This document shows, one piece after another, positions 21,910 through 31,232 of a stretch of 64,000 nt of DNA. The notes beneath the pieces were generated by a model, which saw only the letters and a program-made list of their open reading frames with translations, made no database searches and was not told the origin of the DNA. The stretch covers positions 512,001-576,000 of the forward strand of contig CAVUWA010000002.1 in NCBI GenBank assembly GCA_963744995.1. The letters are read 5' to 3'. Within the stretch, counting starts at the first letter, position 1; each line of letters starts with the position of its first letter. This stretch comes from Candidatus Eiseniibacteriota bacterium. GTDB lineage: Bacteria > Eisenbacteria > RBG-16-71-46. The translations under genes were made by a program, and so were the position numbers.

Positions 21910-22440
21910 ATGGCTTCGCACACGGTCACCATCAACCGCGCGCCCGTGATGACCCTCTGGGCCGCGGTCGTCGCCGAGCGGCTCGGCTATCGCGTCGACG
22001 AAGCCGCCACCTTCGGCAAGACCGTGGCCGGCCTCAACGCCGCATCCAAGGCGAAGCGCCTGGGACTTGCGGAGGCCCATCCGGAGCAGCACAAGGGCCG
22101 GAAGCGCACGCCCGGTCGCAAGGTCGAGATCGAGCTCCTCGGCCGCGTGTTCCCGGCCGTCGAGACCGAAGACGGCCTGCGCGCGCTCGCGAAGGACAAG
22201 CCGGTGGATCCCGCGAGCGTGCAGCGCTATCTGGAGAGCAAGTTCGGCGACGATCTCGACGCCGTGCGCGATGCGATGCGATCGCTCGCGAAATCGCGCC
22301 CGCCGAAGCAGCTCGCCGAGCAGGCCTACGCGCTGTACGAATCGTTCCGCCCCGAGATCCCGCGCGGCACGCGCGGCTGGGGCGCGAAGGGCGTGCTGGA
22401 TCTGGATCGCATGCTCGAGATGGCGCAGGAGCAGGCTTGA
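21910..22440 (+). CDS. Hypothetical protein
   Basis: Clean ORF with host-like codon bias, INRAPVMTLWAAVVAERLG and YESFRP..GWGAKG; overlaps next gene. Confidence 0.75.
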   Translation: MASHTVTINRAPVMTLWAAVVAERLGYRVDEAATFGKTVAGLNAASKAKRLGLAEAHPEQHKGRKRTPGRKVEIELLGRVFPAVETEDGLRALAKDKPVDPASVQRYLESKFGDDLDAVRDAMRSLAKSRPPKQLAEQAYALYESFRPEIPRGTRGWGAKGVLDLDRMLEMAQEQA

Positions 22441-23084
22441 GCCGCGCCGCGCGGAAGTCCACCGCGAAGGCGCGCGCAGGCTCAGCCAAGACCTACGACA
22501 GATCCTACTTCGACCGCTGGTACCGCGATCCCAGACATGCGGTGATCCATCGCGACGTGCTGGCGCGGCGCGTGCAGCTGGCGCTGTCGGCGGCGGAGTA
22601 CATCCTCGAACATCCGGTCGCGAGCGTGCTCGACGTCGGCTGCGGCGAAGGTCCGTGGCGCGCGCTGATCCGCATGGCGCGGCCGGGGGCGAGCTACGTG
22701 GGCGTGGATTCGAGCGAGTACGCCATCCGGCGTTTCGGCCGCCGCCGCAACCTGCGGCTCGGCCGCTTCGGCGACCTCGGGCGCATGAAGCTCGGCGGCC
22801 CGTTCGACCTGATCGTGTGCTCGGACGTCCTGCACTACGTGCCGAGCCCCGAGGCGAAGCGCGGACTGCGCGCGATCGCGCGCATGCTCGGCGGCCTCGC
22901 GTTCATCGAGTTCTTCTCGAAGGAAGACGACACCGTCGGCGACGACGACGGCTACATTCCGCGCTCGGAGGCCGCCTGCCGGAACCTGTTCCGGGAGGCC
23001 GGCCTCGTGCATCTGGGGCTGCACTGCTATGCGAGGCGCCGCGACGCGGTGAACCTGATGACGTTCGAGAAAGGGAAGGGCTAG
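22437..23084 (+). CDS. Class I SAM-dependent methyltransferase
   Basis: VLDVGCGEG, YVGVD, FDLIVCSDVLHY. Confidence 0.88.
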   Translation: MSRAARKSTAKARAGSAKTYDRSYFDRWYRDPRHAVIHRDVLARRVQLALSAAEYILEHPVASVLDVGCGEGPWRALIRMARPGASYVGVDSSEYAIRRFGRRRNLRLGRFGDLGRMKLGGPFDLIVCSDVLHYVPSPEAKRGLRAIARMLGGLAFIEFFSKEDDTVGDDDGYIPRSEAACRNLFREAGLVHLGLHCYARRRDAVNLMTFEKGKG

Positions 23085-23117
23085 CCGGGGCCGCCGCGGC
23101 GGCCGCCCGCGCGGCGA

Positions 23118-25508
23118 TCAGGACGCGGGCGGCGCCGGCTCGGCGAGGAGCTTCGCCACGAACGCCTTCACGCGATCCCATTCCGCGAGGCTCTCGGCGT
23201 AGAGGTTGCCGAGCGAATCGAGGTCGCCCACGGAGGCTCGGCGTTCGATCTCGCTCAGGTGTCGCGAGCAGTTGATCGCGCCGATCGACGCGCAGGTGCT
23301 GTTGAGCGCGCTCGCCAGCATCGTGGCGCCACCGTGATTGCCGTCCTCGATGAGCAGGCCGAGATGTTCGATGCCGGTCGACATTTCGCGCTCGAACGTT
23401 TCCAGCATCTCGCGCCGCAGTTCGGGGACGCCGACGCTCGCCATTTCGAGGTGGTCGAGGTCGATCGGAGTCATCTCGTCGTAGTGTCCCTGGCGTTCGA
23501 GATCCGCAACCTCCTGCTCGGGGACCGGAATGGCCACCGGCGCCGCGTTCGCGGAGGTCAGGGTCGCCGTCGCTTCGTTCCCGGTCGCGGCCCGCGCCTC
23601 GGTGGCCGCGCCGGCCGGTTCTCCGGCCTGCGGCTCGGCGCTGTCTTCCAGCGCGTAGCGCAGCAGCTGGGTGAGCAGCGGCAGGGTGACGGGCTTGACG
23701 AAGTAGTTGCGCATCCCGGCGGCGCGGCAGCGCTGCGAATCGCCGGCGAGCGAGTTGGCGCTCATGGCGAAGATCGGCGTCGGGCGCTCGCCGCGCGCCG
23801 CCTGCATCGCGAGCACCTGTGCGGCAACCTCGTCGCCGTCCAGGTCCGGCATCCTCACGTCGGACAGGATGAGGTCGAAACGCCGCTCGGCTGTCTTCTC
23901 CAGCGCTTCGGTGCCGCATGATGCCAGTTCCACCGCGTGACCGAGGCGTTCGATCACCGTCTTGAGCGCGAGCAGGCTGACGCGGTCGTCATCGACCACC
24001 AGGCAGTCGAGCCGCCGCCGGCGCGTCTCGCGCAGGCTGTGCCGGGTGATCAGCCGCACGGCTTCGGGGTCCACCGCCACGCTGCGCTGCAGGAGCTCCT
24101 TGAAGACCGCGTCGAGGTCGTCGCGCTGCACGGGCTTCGTCAGGTACGCGGCGTAGCCCATGTGTTCGGCCCATTCGGCGTCGCCGCTGGAACCCATTTC
24201 GACGAGCAGGAGCATCTGCAGGTCCCGGAGTTCCGCTTCGGCGCGGACCCGCGCGACCAGCTGCTCGGCGGCCTCGTCGGAACCCGAGAAGTCGGCGATG
24301 CAGATGTGGAACGGCCGCATGCGCCGGTTGGAATCGAGGAGCAGGTCGCAGGCCTCGTCGACCGTCTCGCGGAACGCGCTCTCGCAGCCGAGCGCGCGGA
24401 GCTCGATCTGCAGCGCCACGTTCGAGGGCCCGGAAGAGCCGGCCAGCAGCACGCGCATGCCCTTGAGCGTGATCTCCGCAATCGCCGCGTCGGTCTCGGC
24501 GGGCGCCGGGGCCGAAGCGGGTGTCGTGCGCGCCGGGGGGGGTGCAGGCGTCGCCTGGGGCGCGGGTGCGGCCGGTGTCGCGCGGGCCTTCGGCGCCGCA
24601 GGCGCGACCGTTTTCGCCGGCGCCGCCGGTTTCGCGGCCGGCGCCGCCGGCGCGGACGGGGCCGGCCCGGCCGCGGCCGGTTCGTCGGCGTCGACCACCA
24701 GGTCGGGCTCCGACACCGCGTTCGAAACGTCCACGATCTTCTCCGCCGCGCTCGATTTGCGCAGCACCAGGCGCAGGTGAAGCGCGTCGCCGCCGTCCAT
24801 GTACTCGAGGCTTCCGCCGAGTCCCCGCGCCAGCCGCTGCGACACCAGGAAACCGAAATCCGCCTCGACCGACTGGCGCAGCGTTTCTTCGTCGAGCGGC
24901 GGTGCGCTGTGATCCACGTTGTGCAGACCGAACAGCAGGTCGACGTGGGTCGGGGACTCCGAGAGCCGTGCGAGCCCCAGGCGCAGGCCGGTCGTCGCGC
25001 GGCTGGCCATCATGTGCTGCACGCCCGTGGTGAGGATCTGACGCATGCGGTTCGGGTGCCCGATGAGCATCGAAGGCACCTCGGGCCGGACTTCCGCGAT
25101 CAACGGCGAGTCCTGCACTCCGGGCGGGCAGGTCGAGCGGGAGACTTCCTCGACCAGGTCCCGCACGTCGAACTCGACCGCGCCCACCTCGGCGTCCTCG
25201 GCCTGCATCACGGCGAGATCGAGCAAGTCGTTGGTCAGGCGGCCCAGCGACATCGCCCAGTGAAGGGCGGTGCGCACCTGACCGGCGGCTTCGTGATCGG
25301 TGACCTGTGCGCTCAAGTCGCGCAGAATGCCCACGAGCGCGTTGAGCGGCTTGCGCAGTTCGCGCCGGGTGGCGCGGATGAACGCGCCGTTTTCCCGGCT
25401 GGCCGAACGCAGTCGGTCCAGCTCGAGCGCCAGCTCGGCCGGCTCCGGTGCGGCGGAACCAGCCTCAGCCTGCGTCGGTGCCTGATGGGGGTGCGGCGAC
25501 GGGCTCAC
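23118..25508 (-). CDS. Degenerate hybrid kinase (pseudo-HisKA/HATPase, pseudo-REC, REC, pseudo-Hpt)
   Basis: AAGGAG SD before GTG at 25508; RRELRKPLN, GHPNRMRQIL, intact VVDDD/LSDVRMP/KP receiver, Hpt-like ASALNSTCASIGA. Confidence 0.8.
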   Translation of the reverse strand: MSPSPHPHQAPTQAEAGSAAPEPAELALELDRLRSASRENGAFIRATRRELRKPLNALVGILRDLSAQVTDHEAAGQVRTALHWAMSLGRLTNDLLDLAVMQAEDAEVGAVEFDVRDLVEEVSRSTCPPGVQDSPLIAEVRPEVPSMLIGHPNRMRQILTTGVQHMMASRATTGLRLGLARLSESPTHVDLLFGLHNVDHSAPPLDEETLRQSVEADFGFLVSQRLARGLGGSLEYMDGGDALHLRLVLRKSSAAEKIVDVSNAVSEPDLVVDADEPAAAGPAPSAPAAPAAKPAAPAKTVAPAAPKARATPAAPAPQATPAPPPARTTPASAPAPAETDAAIAEITLKGMRVLLAGSSGPSNVALQIELRALGCESAFRETVDEACDLLLDSNRRMRPFHICIADFSGSDEAAEQLVARVRAEAELRDLQMLLLVEMGSSGDAEWAEHMGYAAYLTKPVQRDDLDAVFKELLQRSVAVDPEAVRLITRHSLRETRRRRLDCLVVDDDRVSLLALKTVIERLGHAVELASCGTEALEKTAERRFDLILSDVRMPDLDGDEVAAQVLAMQAARGERPTPIFAMSANSLAGDSQRCRAAGMRNYFVKPVTLPLLTQLLRYALEDSAEPQAGEPAGAATEARAATGNEATATLTSANAAPVAIPVPEQEVADLERQGHYDEMTPIDLDHLEMASVGVPELRREMLETFEREMSTGIEHLGLLIEDGNHGGATMLASALNSTCASIGAINCSRHLSEIERRASVGDLDSLGNLYAESLAEWDRVKAFVAKLLAEPAPPAS

Positions 25509-25688
25509 GCGGAAATGCTCCTTAGTGAAGGCGTATGCGGAGTTATCGGCCGGTTGGAGCCGTCTTGTGAGCGAAAGCTGAGGCCCGGTCCCGGCCCGCA
25601 AGAGCCGTCCAGGAGCGAAGATGCGCGACCCCCACCGCGCGCCCGGAACGCTTTCGGAGCGGCGCCCGAGCCGCTAACATCGGCGGTC

Positions 25689-27629
25689 GTGAGCGACTCC
25701 ACCACCACGTCCACGTCCACCCGCATGGCGATCGTCGGCACCGCTGGGCACATCGATCACGGCAAGACCGCCATGGTCCGGCGCTTGAGCGGGATCGACA
25801 CCGACCGCCTGCCCGAAGAGAAGCAACGCGGCATCTCGATCGACCTCGGCTTCGCCCCGCTCACGACCCCGGGCGGCGTGCACGTCGGGATCGTCGACGT
25901 GCCGGGGCACGAGCGGTTCGTCAAGAACATGCTCGCCGGCTCGGGCGGCGTGGACCTGGTGCTGCTCGTGATCGCCGCCGACGAGGGCGTGATGCCGCAG
26001 ACCCGCGAGCACCTGGCGATCGTGCGGCTGCTCGGCGTGACGCGGATGATCGTCGTGCTCACCAAGACCGACATGGTCGAGCCCGAGTGGCTCGAGCTGG
26101 TCAAGAAGGACGTCGCCGCGTTCATGCAGGGCCACGGCCTCGGCGCCGCGCCGATCCTGCCGTTCAGCGCCGTGACCGGCGCCGGCGCCGAGGCGCTGAT
26201 GGCCGAGATCGACCGCCAGCTCGAGTCGCTGCCGCTGCGCGCCTACGACCAGCCCGCACGTCTGCCCGTGGACCGCGTCTTCGTGATGGAAGGCTTCGGC
26301 ACCGTGGTGACCGGCACGCTATGGCGCGGCGTGATCCGCGTCGGCGACATGCTGGCGCTGCAGCCCGCGGGGCGCGAGGTGCGCGTGCGCCGGATTCAGG
26401 TGCATGGGAAGACCGTGGACGAAGCGCATGCCGGGCAGCGCACGGCGCTGGCGCTGCACGGCGTGAGCCGCGAGCAGGTCGAGCGCGGCGACTGGATCGT
26501 GGCCACCGGCTCGATGCGGCCGTCGCGGTACCTCGACGTGCGTTTCGAGCTGCTGGGGGAGGCGCCGAAGGAATTCAAGAGCGGCGCGCGCGTGCGATTT
26601 CACCTGGGCGCGAGCGAGATCATCGGGCGCCTCGTGCTGCTCGAAGGCAAGGTGCTCGCGCCCGGGGGAAGCGCGCTCGCGCAGGCGCGGTTGGAGAAGG
26701 ACGCCGTCGCGGCAAGGGGCGACCGGTTCGTGGTGCGCGCGTATTCGCCGGCGCGAACGATCGGCGGCGGCGCCGTGATCGACCCCGCGGCCGAGAAGCG
26801 GCGGCGTTCCGGTGGCGGCGTGGCGTCTTTGGCCGTGCACGAGAGCGGATCGGTCGAAGCCCGGCTGCTGGAACGGCTGGCTTCGGAAGCGAAGCCCGTC
26901 GCGACCGCCGTGCTCGCGCAGACCGTGGGCGAGAAGGAGGCCGAGGCCGGGCGGGTGCTGCGCGCGCTGGCCGAGGCCGGCGAGCTGGCCGCGCCGGTCG
27001 AGGGACGCTGGATCGGGCTCGCGCAGTGGAACGAGGCGCGGTCGAAGATCGAGGCGGAGGTCCGCGCCTACGCCGCGAAGCACCCGGCGCGGTTCGGCGT
27101 GATGAAGGGGGAGTTCAAGCGGGATCTGAAGGGGGCTCTCCAGCCCGCGCTCTTCGACGCCGCCTTCGATGCGCTGGTGCGCGAAGGCGTGATCGAGCAG
27201 CGCGGTGAACGCGTGCGGGCGGCGGGGGACGAGTGGACGCCGCCGGCCGAGACGCTGGCCGGGCTGTCGCGGCTGGAGGAATTGCTCGAGGCCGACGGGT
27301 TCTCGGTGCCCGAGAACGCGGCGTGGTCGAAGACGCTGGGGAAAGAGGCCGGCGAGATCGCGGCGCTGGGGTTCTTCCTGGAGAGGCTGGTGCGCGTGAC
27401 CGGCGACCTGACGTATTCGGCGGGGCAGATGGCGCGGCTGCGAGCCTTGCTGGATGAGGCGTTTGCGAAGAAGCAGGCGCTCAGCATGGCGGATTTCAAG
27501 GAGCTGCTGGGCGTGTCGCGGAAGTACTCGGTGCCGCTGGCCGAGCACTGCGATCGGGTGGGGTGGACGCGTGAGGGTGGGGGAGCTCAAGCGGGATCTG
27601 AAGGGGGCTCTCCAGCCCGCGCTCTTTGA
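25689..27629 (+). CDS. selB: Selenocysteine-specific elongation factor SelB (last residues altered by a +1 base at the duplication junction)
   Basis: [29 protein letters not shown], winged-helix SRKYSVPL. Confidence 0.95.
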   Translation: MSDSTTTSTSTRMAIVGTAGHIDHGKTAMVRRLSGIDTDRLPEEKQRGISIDLGFAPLTTPGGVHVGIVDVPGHERFVKNMLAGSGGVDLVLLVIAADEGVMPQTREHLAIVRLLGVTRMIVVLTKTDMVEPEWLELVKKDVAAFMQGHGLGAAPILPFSAVTGAGAEALMAEIDRQLESLPLRAYDQPARLPVDRVFVMEGFGTVVTGTLWRGVIRVGDMLALQPAGREVRVRRIQVHGKTVDEAHAGQRTALALHGVSREQVERGDWIVATGSMRPSRYLDVRFELLGEAPKEFKSGARVRFHLGASEIIGRLVLLEGKVLAPGGSALAQARLEKDAVAARGDRFVVRAYSPARTIGGGAVIDPAAEKRRRSGGGVASLAVHESGSVEARLLERLASEAKPVATAVLAQTVGEKEAEAGRVLRALAEAGELAAPVEGRWIGLAQWNEARSKIEAEVRAYAAKHPARFGVMKGEFKRDLKGALQPALFDAAFDALVREGVIEQRGERVRAAGDEWTPPAETLAGLSRLEELLEADGFSVPENAAWSKTLGKEAGEIAALGFFLERLVRVTGDLTYSAGQMARLRALLDEAFAKKQALSMADFKELLGVSRKYSVPLAEHCDRVGWTREGGGAQAGSEGGSPARAL

Positions 27630-28055
27630 CGCGGCCTTCGATGCGCTGGTGCGCGAAGGCGTGATCGAGCAGCGCGGTGAACGCGTGCGGGCGGCGGGGG
27701 ACGAGTGGACGCCACCGGCCGAGACGCTGGCCGGGCTGTCGCGGCTGGAGGAATTGCTCGAGGCCGACGGGTTCTCGGTGCCCGAGAACGCGGCGTGGTC
27801 GAAGACCCTGGGGAAAGAGGCCGGCGAGATCGCGGCGCTGGGGTTCTTCCTGGAGCGGCTGGTGCGCGTGACCGGCGACCTGACGTACTCGGTGGGGCAG
27901 ATGGCGCGGCTGCGAGCCTTGCTGGATGAGGCGTTTGCGAAGAAGCAGGCGCTCAGCATGGCGGACTTCAAGGAGCTGCTGGGCGTGTCGCGGAAGTACT
28001 CGGTGCCGCTGGCCGAGCACTGCGATCGGGTGGGGTGGACCGTGAGGGTGGGGGA
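27107..28055 (+). repeat. Tandem duplication (472/471-bp units) of the selB 3' end; second copy ends with the normal VRVGDERR and stop at 28074
   Basis: Direct alignment of 27107-27584 with 27579-28055; GGGGGA at all three boundaries; 9 substitutions plus 1 indel. Confidence 0.95.
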
Positions 28056-28078
28056 TGAGAGGAGGAGGGGGTAGGGGC

Positions 28079-28761
28079 GTGGATGCAGCGGGTGCGGTAC
28101 TCAGTGCCTCGCGGGTGCAGGCCATTCGCCGCCGAATGTTGCGCTGGGGCCGCAAGCACTTTGCTGAGTTCCCCTGGCGCCACGAACAAGAACCGTGGAT
28201 CTCACTAGCAACAGAGGTCCTGCTGCAACGCACCAAGGCGAAGCAGGTGGTTCCCGTCTACGAGCGCTTCCAGGACAGATACCCGTCAGCTGAAGATCTG
28301 GCCCGATCCTCGCGGGAAGAGTTGCTCTCGGTGGTCGGCACGCTGGGGCTCCATTGGCGGGCGCCGCTAATGCTCAAGATGGCGGGAGTGGTACCGATTG
28401 CGGTCGGCCGCCGGAGAACCTGGAAGACCTCGAGGCGCTGCCAGGGGTTGGCCCGTACGCCGCTGGTGCATACCTCTCGCTCCATCGAGGGAAACGCGCG
28501 GTCATCATTGACGCCAACGTAGTCAGGTGGCTGGGACGTGTGCTCGGACGAAAGACTGACGCAGAAACTCGGCGGAAGGCTTGGGTACGGGAAGCGATGG
28601 AGGCTCTCACCCCCATGAGAGCATTCCGAGCGTTCAACTACGCCGTATTGGACCTCTCTATGCAGCTCTGCAGACCCTCAGGCCCGTGCTGCGCAGAGTG
28701 CCCTCTGGCCCCCAAACTCTGCGCCCACGGCCGCAGGGTCCTTCGAAAGCGGGCCCGCTAG
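28079..28761 (+). CDS. HhH-GPD [4Fe-4S] DNA glycosylase, Mig-like (T/G mismatch); frameshifted near 28392
   Basis: FPWR and EVLLQRT in one frame; LPGVGPY, IDANVVR and C-x6-C-x2-C-x6-C in the other frame. Confidence 0.8.
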
Positions 28762-28767
28762 CCTACT

Positions 28768-28815
28768 GCACATTTGTGCTTGACCTGCTGGGAAAGTCTG
28801 CTAGCGTCGCTAGCA
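28768..28815 (+). promoter_or_regulatory. Putative promoter/operator of the methyltransferase gene
   Basis: GCACA-TT-TGTGC (28768-28779), TTGACC-N16-TAGCGT, and palindrome TGCTAGCG-T-CGCTAGCA (28799-28815) over the -10. Confidence 0.6.
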
Positions 28816-28841
28816 CTTTGACCCCCCGGCAGGAGGCTGAC

Positions 28842-30053
28842 GTGCCATCGCGCATTCTCATCAGAGATGTTCCCGAGGATCTCCACGGCTGGCTCCGAGA
28901 CAGGAGCCACGAACTTCGCGTCAGCCAGAATGAGCTGGCGCTCTCACTGCTGCGTGATGCGCACCGTGGCAACGGCACGCTGGCGCTCTTCGAGCAACCT
29001 GCGGTGCAAGTACCGGAACCTCAGACAGCGCCATTCACGTTCATTGATCTATTTGCTGGAATCGGCGGCCTTCGGTTCGCGTTGCAGAAGGTCGGAGGTC
29101 GCTGCGTCTTCTCGTCCGAGTGGGACAAGTACTGCCAGAAGACCTACCTCAAGTGGTTTGGGGAGCTTCCGGCCGGCGACATCACGAAAATCGGTCCCAA
29201 TGACATTCCCGATCACGATCTCTTGTCGGCGGGGTTCCCCTGTCAGCCCTTCTCCATCGCCGGCGTTTCTAAGAAGAAGAGCCTTGGGCGATCGCATGGG
29301 TTCAAGGACAAGACCCAGGGAACTCTGTTCTTTCACGTTGCGAAGATCATCGACGCCAAGCGGCCAGCGATGCTCCTCCTGGAAAACGTAAAGAACCTCA
29401 AGTCACATGATGGCGGGAAGACCTGGCAGGTGATTGAAGGGACCCTCAGGGAGCTAGGCTACAACGTCTTCGCTAAGGTGATCGACGCGGCGCACTGGGT
29501 GCCTCAGCATCGTGAGCGAATCTTCATCGCGGGGTTCGACCGCAAGGTTTTTGGCGACGCGCCGGAATTCCGCTTTCCGGACCCGCCCTCGGGAGAGAGG
29601 CCACGCTTTGCGACCGTGATGGAGTCCAAGCCCGATCCGAAGTACACGCTCAGCGATCACCTCTGGGGCTACCTTCAGGACTACGCGAAGAAGCACAAGG
29701 CGGCGGGCAACGGATTCGGTTTTGGTCTTGTGAATCTGGATGGTGTCAGCCGGACGCTGTCGGCCCGCTACTTTAAGGACGGGTCTGAGATTCTCGTGCC
29801 GCAGAGCAGGAAGAACCCTCGGCGGCTCACGCCGCAAGAAGCGGGCAAACTGATGGGTTTTGACCCCGATCTCCCGATCGTCGTCTCAGACACACAGGCT
29901 TACAGGCAGTTCGGCAATGCTGTGGTGCCTCCTGTGGCGACTGCGGTTGCCAGGCAGATGGTGAAAACGATGTGCTGGCAAGTCGCACGAACGAGGTCGC
30001 GGTCTATTTGCTGGGGCGATCTCCTAGACGTTTCAATCAGCAAGTCACACTGA
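28842..30053 (+). CDS. dcm: DNA (cytosine-5)-methyltransferase, Dcm/M.EcoRII-like, with N-terminal ribbon-helix-helix domain
   Basis: AGGAGG SD; DLFAGIGG, GFPCQPFS, GVSKKKSLGRSHGF..TQGTLFF, ENV, PQHRER, RTLSARYFKDGSEIL, YRQFGNAV. Confidence 0.92.
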   Translation: MPSRILIRDVPEDLHGWLRDRSHELRVSQNELALSLLRDAHRGNGTLALFEQPAVQVPEPQTAPFTFIDLFAGIGGLRFALQKVGGRCVFSSEWDKYCQKTYLKWFGELPAGDITKIGPNDIPDHDLLSAGFPCQPFSIAGVSKKKSLGRSHGFKDKTQGTLFFHVAKIIDAKRPAMLLLENVKNLKSHDGGKTWQVIEGTLRELGYNVFAKVIDAAHWVPQHRERIFIAGFDRKVFGDAPEFRFPDPPSGERPRFATVMESKPDPKYTLSDHLWGYLQDYAKKHKAAGNGFGFGLVNLDGVSRTLSARYFKDGSEILVPQSRKNPRRLTPQEAGKLMGFDPDLPIVVSDTQAYRQFGNAVVPPVATAVARQMVKTMCWQVARTRSRSICWGDLLDVSISKSH

Positions 30054-30062
30054 GGGGCAACG

Positions 30063-31232
30063 ATGTCTTCACCCCCGGGTGAACGCGCCATTGCCGACGC
30101 CATACGCATTGGCAAGGCCGTAATCAAATTCGTCACAAAGAACGACGCCGGCATCACGGGGGCGCATCAGTATGGCTTTCACCTGCCGATTGGCTGTTGG
30201 CAATTGTTCTCTCCACATCCGCCGGTCAAGGGAAGAAACGACGAGCATGCTGTCGCGGTGACATGGCAGGACGATCGTGTTACGAAATCCCAAGTCAAGT
30301 GGTATGGAGACAAGACGCGGTTCGAATACCGCCTGACCCGATTCGGGAAGAGCTTCCCTTTCCGGTCACCCGATAACGTGGGCGATGTCCTAGTCCTCGT
30401 ACCAACGAGCCCTTCCACGTTCAATGGCTACGTCCTGAATCCCGAGGAGGATCTGGAAGAGCTAGAGGCTCAGCTCGGGATTGACCTCACCAGTCGACGC
30501 ATGGCTTGCTACGAGCGCGGCCTCGCACCGCCCACGCTCGGACCGGAGGCTGCAAAGTCCTGCATCGAGCGGCAGTTCGATCTCTACGCTGCGTCATTAC
30601 AAGAGTTCCCTCACGGCTCAGACCTAACCGAGGAAACATGGAGGGTTCTCGCCGAATGTGACCCGGCTTTCGCCTCCCAAACTGACGACAGAAAGCTCGT
30701 TCTCGCCAAGGAGACCGAGTACGAGCTCTTCAAGAAGATTGAGAGGCGCCTCGTTTGGGATGACATCCAGAGCAGTCCAAAGTCTGTGGATGACTACGTC
30801 GAAAAGGCCAACAGCATCGTCAATCGAAGAAAGTCGCGCGCAGGAAGATCACTTGAGAATCACTTCGGCGTGATCCTAAGAGAGCACAGCATTCGCTACG
30901 ATGCACGTCCCAGCAGCGTCGAGGGAATGCCGGACGTCCTCATTCCAGGTGAAAAGGAATACGCGGACTCTACTTTTCCGGTAGGGGAGCTCTTCGTGGT
31001 TGCAGTGAAGACAACGTTGAAGGACAGGTGGGGACAGGTCCTGAAAGAAGGACCGAGAGTCAAGAGGCGATATCTTGTCACCGTCCAGCCTGGGATTTCG
31101 AAAGCCCTCCTAAATCGAATGCACGCAGCGGGCATCGTGTTGGTGGTTCCTAAGGAGATTCAGAAGGAGTATCCAAGGTCGGACATGACCATCCTGACCG
31201 TGGAGCAGTTCATCGCCTTGGTGATGCAATAG
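30063..31232 (+). CDS. EcoRII-like type II restriction endonuclease
   Basis: EcoRII-N-like K..KNDAGITGAHQ.G and EYRLTRFG; EcoRII-C-like NRRKSRAGRSLENH, PD, KTTLKDRW. Confidence 0.88.
   Translation: MSSPPGERAIADAIRIGKAVIKFVTKNDAGITGAHQYGFHLPIGCWQLFSPHPPVKGRNDEHAVAVTWQDDRVTKSQVKWYGDKTRFEYRLTRFGKSFPFRSPDNVGDVLVLVPTSPSTFNGYVLNPEEDLEELEAQLGIDLTSRRMACYERGLAPPTLGPEAAKSCIERQFDLYAASLQEFPHGSDLTEETWRVLAECDPAFASQTDDRKLVLAKETEYELFKKIERRLVWDDIQSSPKSVDDYVEKANSIVNRRKSRAGRSLENHFGVILREHSIRYDARPSSVEGMPDVLIPGEKEYADSTFPVGELFVVAVKTTLKDRWGQVLKEGPRVKRRYLVTVQPGISKALLNRMHAAGIVLVVPKEIQKEYPRSDMTILTVEQFIALVMQ

Noticed and set aside
23937..25688. Apparent 584-aa N-terminal extension of SelB
   Set aside because: Antisense shadow of the pseudo-kinase gene; SelB motifs begin after 25689.
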